Source of the DNA: Balanoglossus misakiensis
Taxonomy: Eukaryota > Animalia > Hemichordata
Direction of reading: 5' to 3'
DNA length: 64,000 nt
NCBI GenBank assembly: GCA_040954595.2
Contig: CM082584.2
Location: 8,571,146 to 8,635,145 of the forward strand
Below are positions 61,421-64,000 of the stretch, piece by piece. The notes below the pieces were generated by a model, which worked only from the letters and a program-made list of their open reading frames with translations, had not been told where the DNA came from and did no database searches. Each line of letters starts with the position of its first letter. Position 1 is the stretch's first letter. A program made the position numbers and the translations under genes.

Positions 61421-64000
61421 CAGCAGTAAATGCAAATGCCTCTTATGAGCCGTGGGGACTCATCTGGAGGAGTGTTTGTCTGGTTATAGAGTCAGAGTGC
61501 TGGTCCAGGACCTGAAAGGCTAGATAAGGTCACCATGCTCCTGAAGTGTCTCTCCCCAGTTGCCGTGGATACCTTATCTAACTTGCACTGGAAAGTTCAA
61601 CTGGCAGGAATTTTATCGCCGAACACAATTTTTAGTACAATCGTAGACACAAACAGAATTCTCTGTCTCCCTGCGTAACTCAGAAAAGTACTTTTTTTTA
61701 CTTAAACAGCCACGCACTGTAAACAGGTTACTATGAAGGAACAGTTGCTACAAATATCAATAGTTTGATTTTCAGCGTTATTTTGATTTTATGTGTGTCT
61801 GTACAGGTTTACTGTTCTGTTACCTGAAGCATTGTGAAACTGATTTCTGAATATCATTGGCCACAATCAACTTACAAATTATCGAATGTCTCCATCACTA
61901 AGGTTATAATCTAAAGTACATCCATTAACAAAGTCAGTAATTTAATTTAAACTGTATTAGCAACTTGATTACTTGTTTTGAACTTGTACTTTGGCTCATT
62001 AATTTGATAAACAAACAAATCAAGTATACAACATTTCCTGTTACAGAAGTTTGGGTAAATTTTTTCTCAAAGAACCCTGCAAGTTCGGTCCTTTTTGGTT
62101 TACAGTACACCAGTTTTTTTTCTAGAGTAATACTAACATGCTTGCAGTAAACATGTCAGTCCTCATCAGCTTCTCGGTCGCAAAACCCGAACTCTGATAC
62201 GGAATAAACTCAATAACATCGCTGGCTACAAATACTGGCCCGAAAATCTAATTTTCCGCAGAAAAAATATCAATACAAGCAGGGCCGGTAATCTCTCTGT
62301 TCAGAAGTAAATTAACTTGATCATCAAATTAAGGTTCCGCGCAGAGCGGGAGATTAGCTGAGAACGCATGTTTCCTCTTGGTGTTCTGACTGCAGAGTCG
62401 GTTTAATCTAATCTTGTATGAATTGCACAAATTTACTACAGTGGCTTGAATGGGGAGAGTTCGGCTGGATTTGCAAACACTGTGAGATGCAAATTGCCAA
62501 ACGAAGATAAGGTGGACCTGGGGGCTCCAAACACGCCAAAATTGGATTTATTGATTTAACTCAGCTCATCAGCGGGTCACAAGGGGTCATTTGTAATTTC
62601 AGCTATTCCGACGGGGATACGAAAGTCGATCGAAAAATTATTTTTCTGTGGGATATGAAAAAAAGAGTTGCGTCATTTTGAGCCCGGCAGACACGTTGAT
62701 ATCAGTTGAGAAACTATTAATTAGAAACACAATCAAACTTGTGACCCGATCGGGTGCTAGCCCACCAGAAACGAATTAACCCGCATAGACTAATTCTACT
62801 ACATTGCATTAGCTTCAATCAAAATGCTGGTGCCACGTCTAGACTTTGGAAGGATGGAAAAAAATCAAAATCTACCAGCGACTCTGGCAAGCCTTTCAGC
62901 TACTTTCAACCCTAGTGGAGCCCTGACTGTCTTGGAATACTGTAAGAACCAACTCATCCTGTGTATAGCTGATGGTTCTCTTGGACAAAGGAAAACCTCT
63001 TGTCCCTTTCTCGCTAAATTCAAAAAATAAACGGGAAAAAATCAGAATTTTTAATTACATGTTTTATTTTCAAATCACCTTTGACGAGAAGGAACTCCTT
63101 GTATGTTTGCCATTGGTACACGAACACACACAGAGGTTGGTAGTATACTTGAGATTTGAATGCAGACACATTTCCAGACTCTTTCAAGAACAGTGCCAGA
63201 CATACCAAACCGGCATTTGCCCAAGACGTATTGATTGCCCGGGTTTCCAGTTAATCTGTTGGCCTATCCGCCAGCGGATTGACAGCCAAGTCCCAGCCTG
63301 TTTGCCCAACTGCTTACACGGAATCATAAAGGGAAGGGGGGGGGGGGGGCTCGTTCAGGTAGACCTTGATGCTCCTTCTTGTCCGCGCGAAAGCTCGTCT
63401 GCAAATATTGGCCGAGGCAAACAGGCCGGTCAATGCTTTCCTTTATCCGCTCTGCTCGCGAATTGATGTCGGAGCAGAAGAGGGGGAGGACAAAAACCAC
63501 GGCATGAATGCGATTACACTTTTGATTAGGGGAGGGGGGGCTTCTCCGGTGGCGCGGCGTGTCATGTCGGACAACACCACTCTTGACACCGCGGAACACT
63601 CAGTGGCTGAAAAGAGCCGATGATGGACTTGTAAACGAAGGAGGGAGGGCGGCTTCTGGTATTCGGTGACTCCTTCCCTCTGGCTATGAGCTGCGTTTTT
63701 TTTTTTTTTTTTCTGTTCTGTTCTGACGCGGAACACCTGAATAGCGGGGAGCCACTCTCGTCTCAAATACACAGCCACTGGCAGTGAGTGTGGTCCTGAT
63801 TCACCGTTTGCCCTACTTTATCAACATTACCATGGCAACCGAAACCTAAAAAGAGAAAGGAGTAGTACTACGTGTACTTTTCCGACAACAACTTTTATCA
63901 AACAAGAAGAAAAAGCGTGCTCTCAACCAAAATCAGCAATAAGCGAATAACAATAATTTGGGGTGTCTTTTCCTCGTTTCTGCCTGATTACTACACGCGA

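Larger units (their letters stand above)
42951..64000 (-). other. Probable very large first intron (or 5' region) of the ROR gene
   Basis: Exon 42878-42950 begins in phase 1 after a polypyrimidine/CAG acceptor and lacks a signal peptide. No convincing coding exon was seen in the remaining 21 kb. Confidence 0.6.

Noticed and set aside
63826-63840. RFX X-box-like ATTACCATGGCAAC near window end
   Set aside because: A single imperfect motif with no identifiable TSS or gene in the window.

Overview
Gene-dense eukaryotic (metazoan) genomic DNA with short GT-AG introns. Gene content and style suggest an invertebrate deuterostome such as a hemichordate, echinoderm or cephalochordate (inference). Exon models were built by hand from splice sites and reading phase. 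In order: the 3' end of an SLC7/LAT amino-acid transporter (+); CWC27 (-) head-to-head with SREK1IP1 (+); an intronless orphan 393-aa ORF with an RVxF motif and many RRxS sites (-); a ~3.1-kb tandem array of a ~557-bp palindrome-rich unit; a 16-exon FAAH-like amidase (+); a single-coding-exon RING/B-box/NHL TRIM (-); UBE2U (-) head-to-head with ZGLP1 (+); and a ROR-family receptor tyrosine kinase (-). No convincing exon was found in the last 21 kb, which is probably the ROR first intron. The most striking observation is that the ROR ectodomain carries two complete, intact Ig-Frizzled CRD-Kringle modules in tandem with identical intron phases, attached to a kinase with fully canonical catalytic motifs. 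Other notable items are the palindromic tandem array between two divergent promoters, the putative PP1-binding orphan protein, ROR-ZGLP1-UBE2U microsynteny matching vertebrate paralogons, decayed copies of the TRIM C-terminus in its 3' flank, a 122-bp fold-back, and small MITE-like elements.
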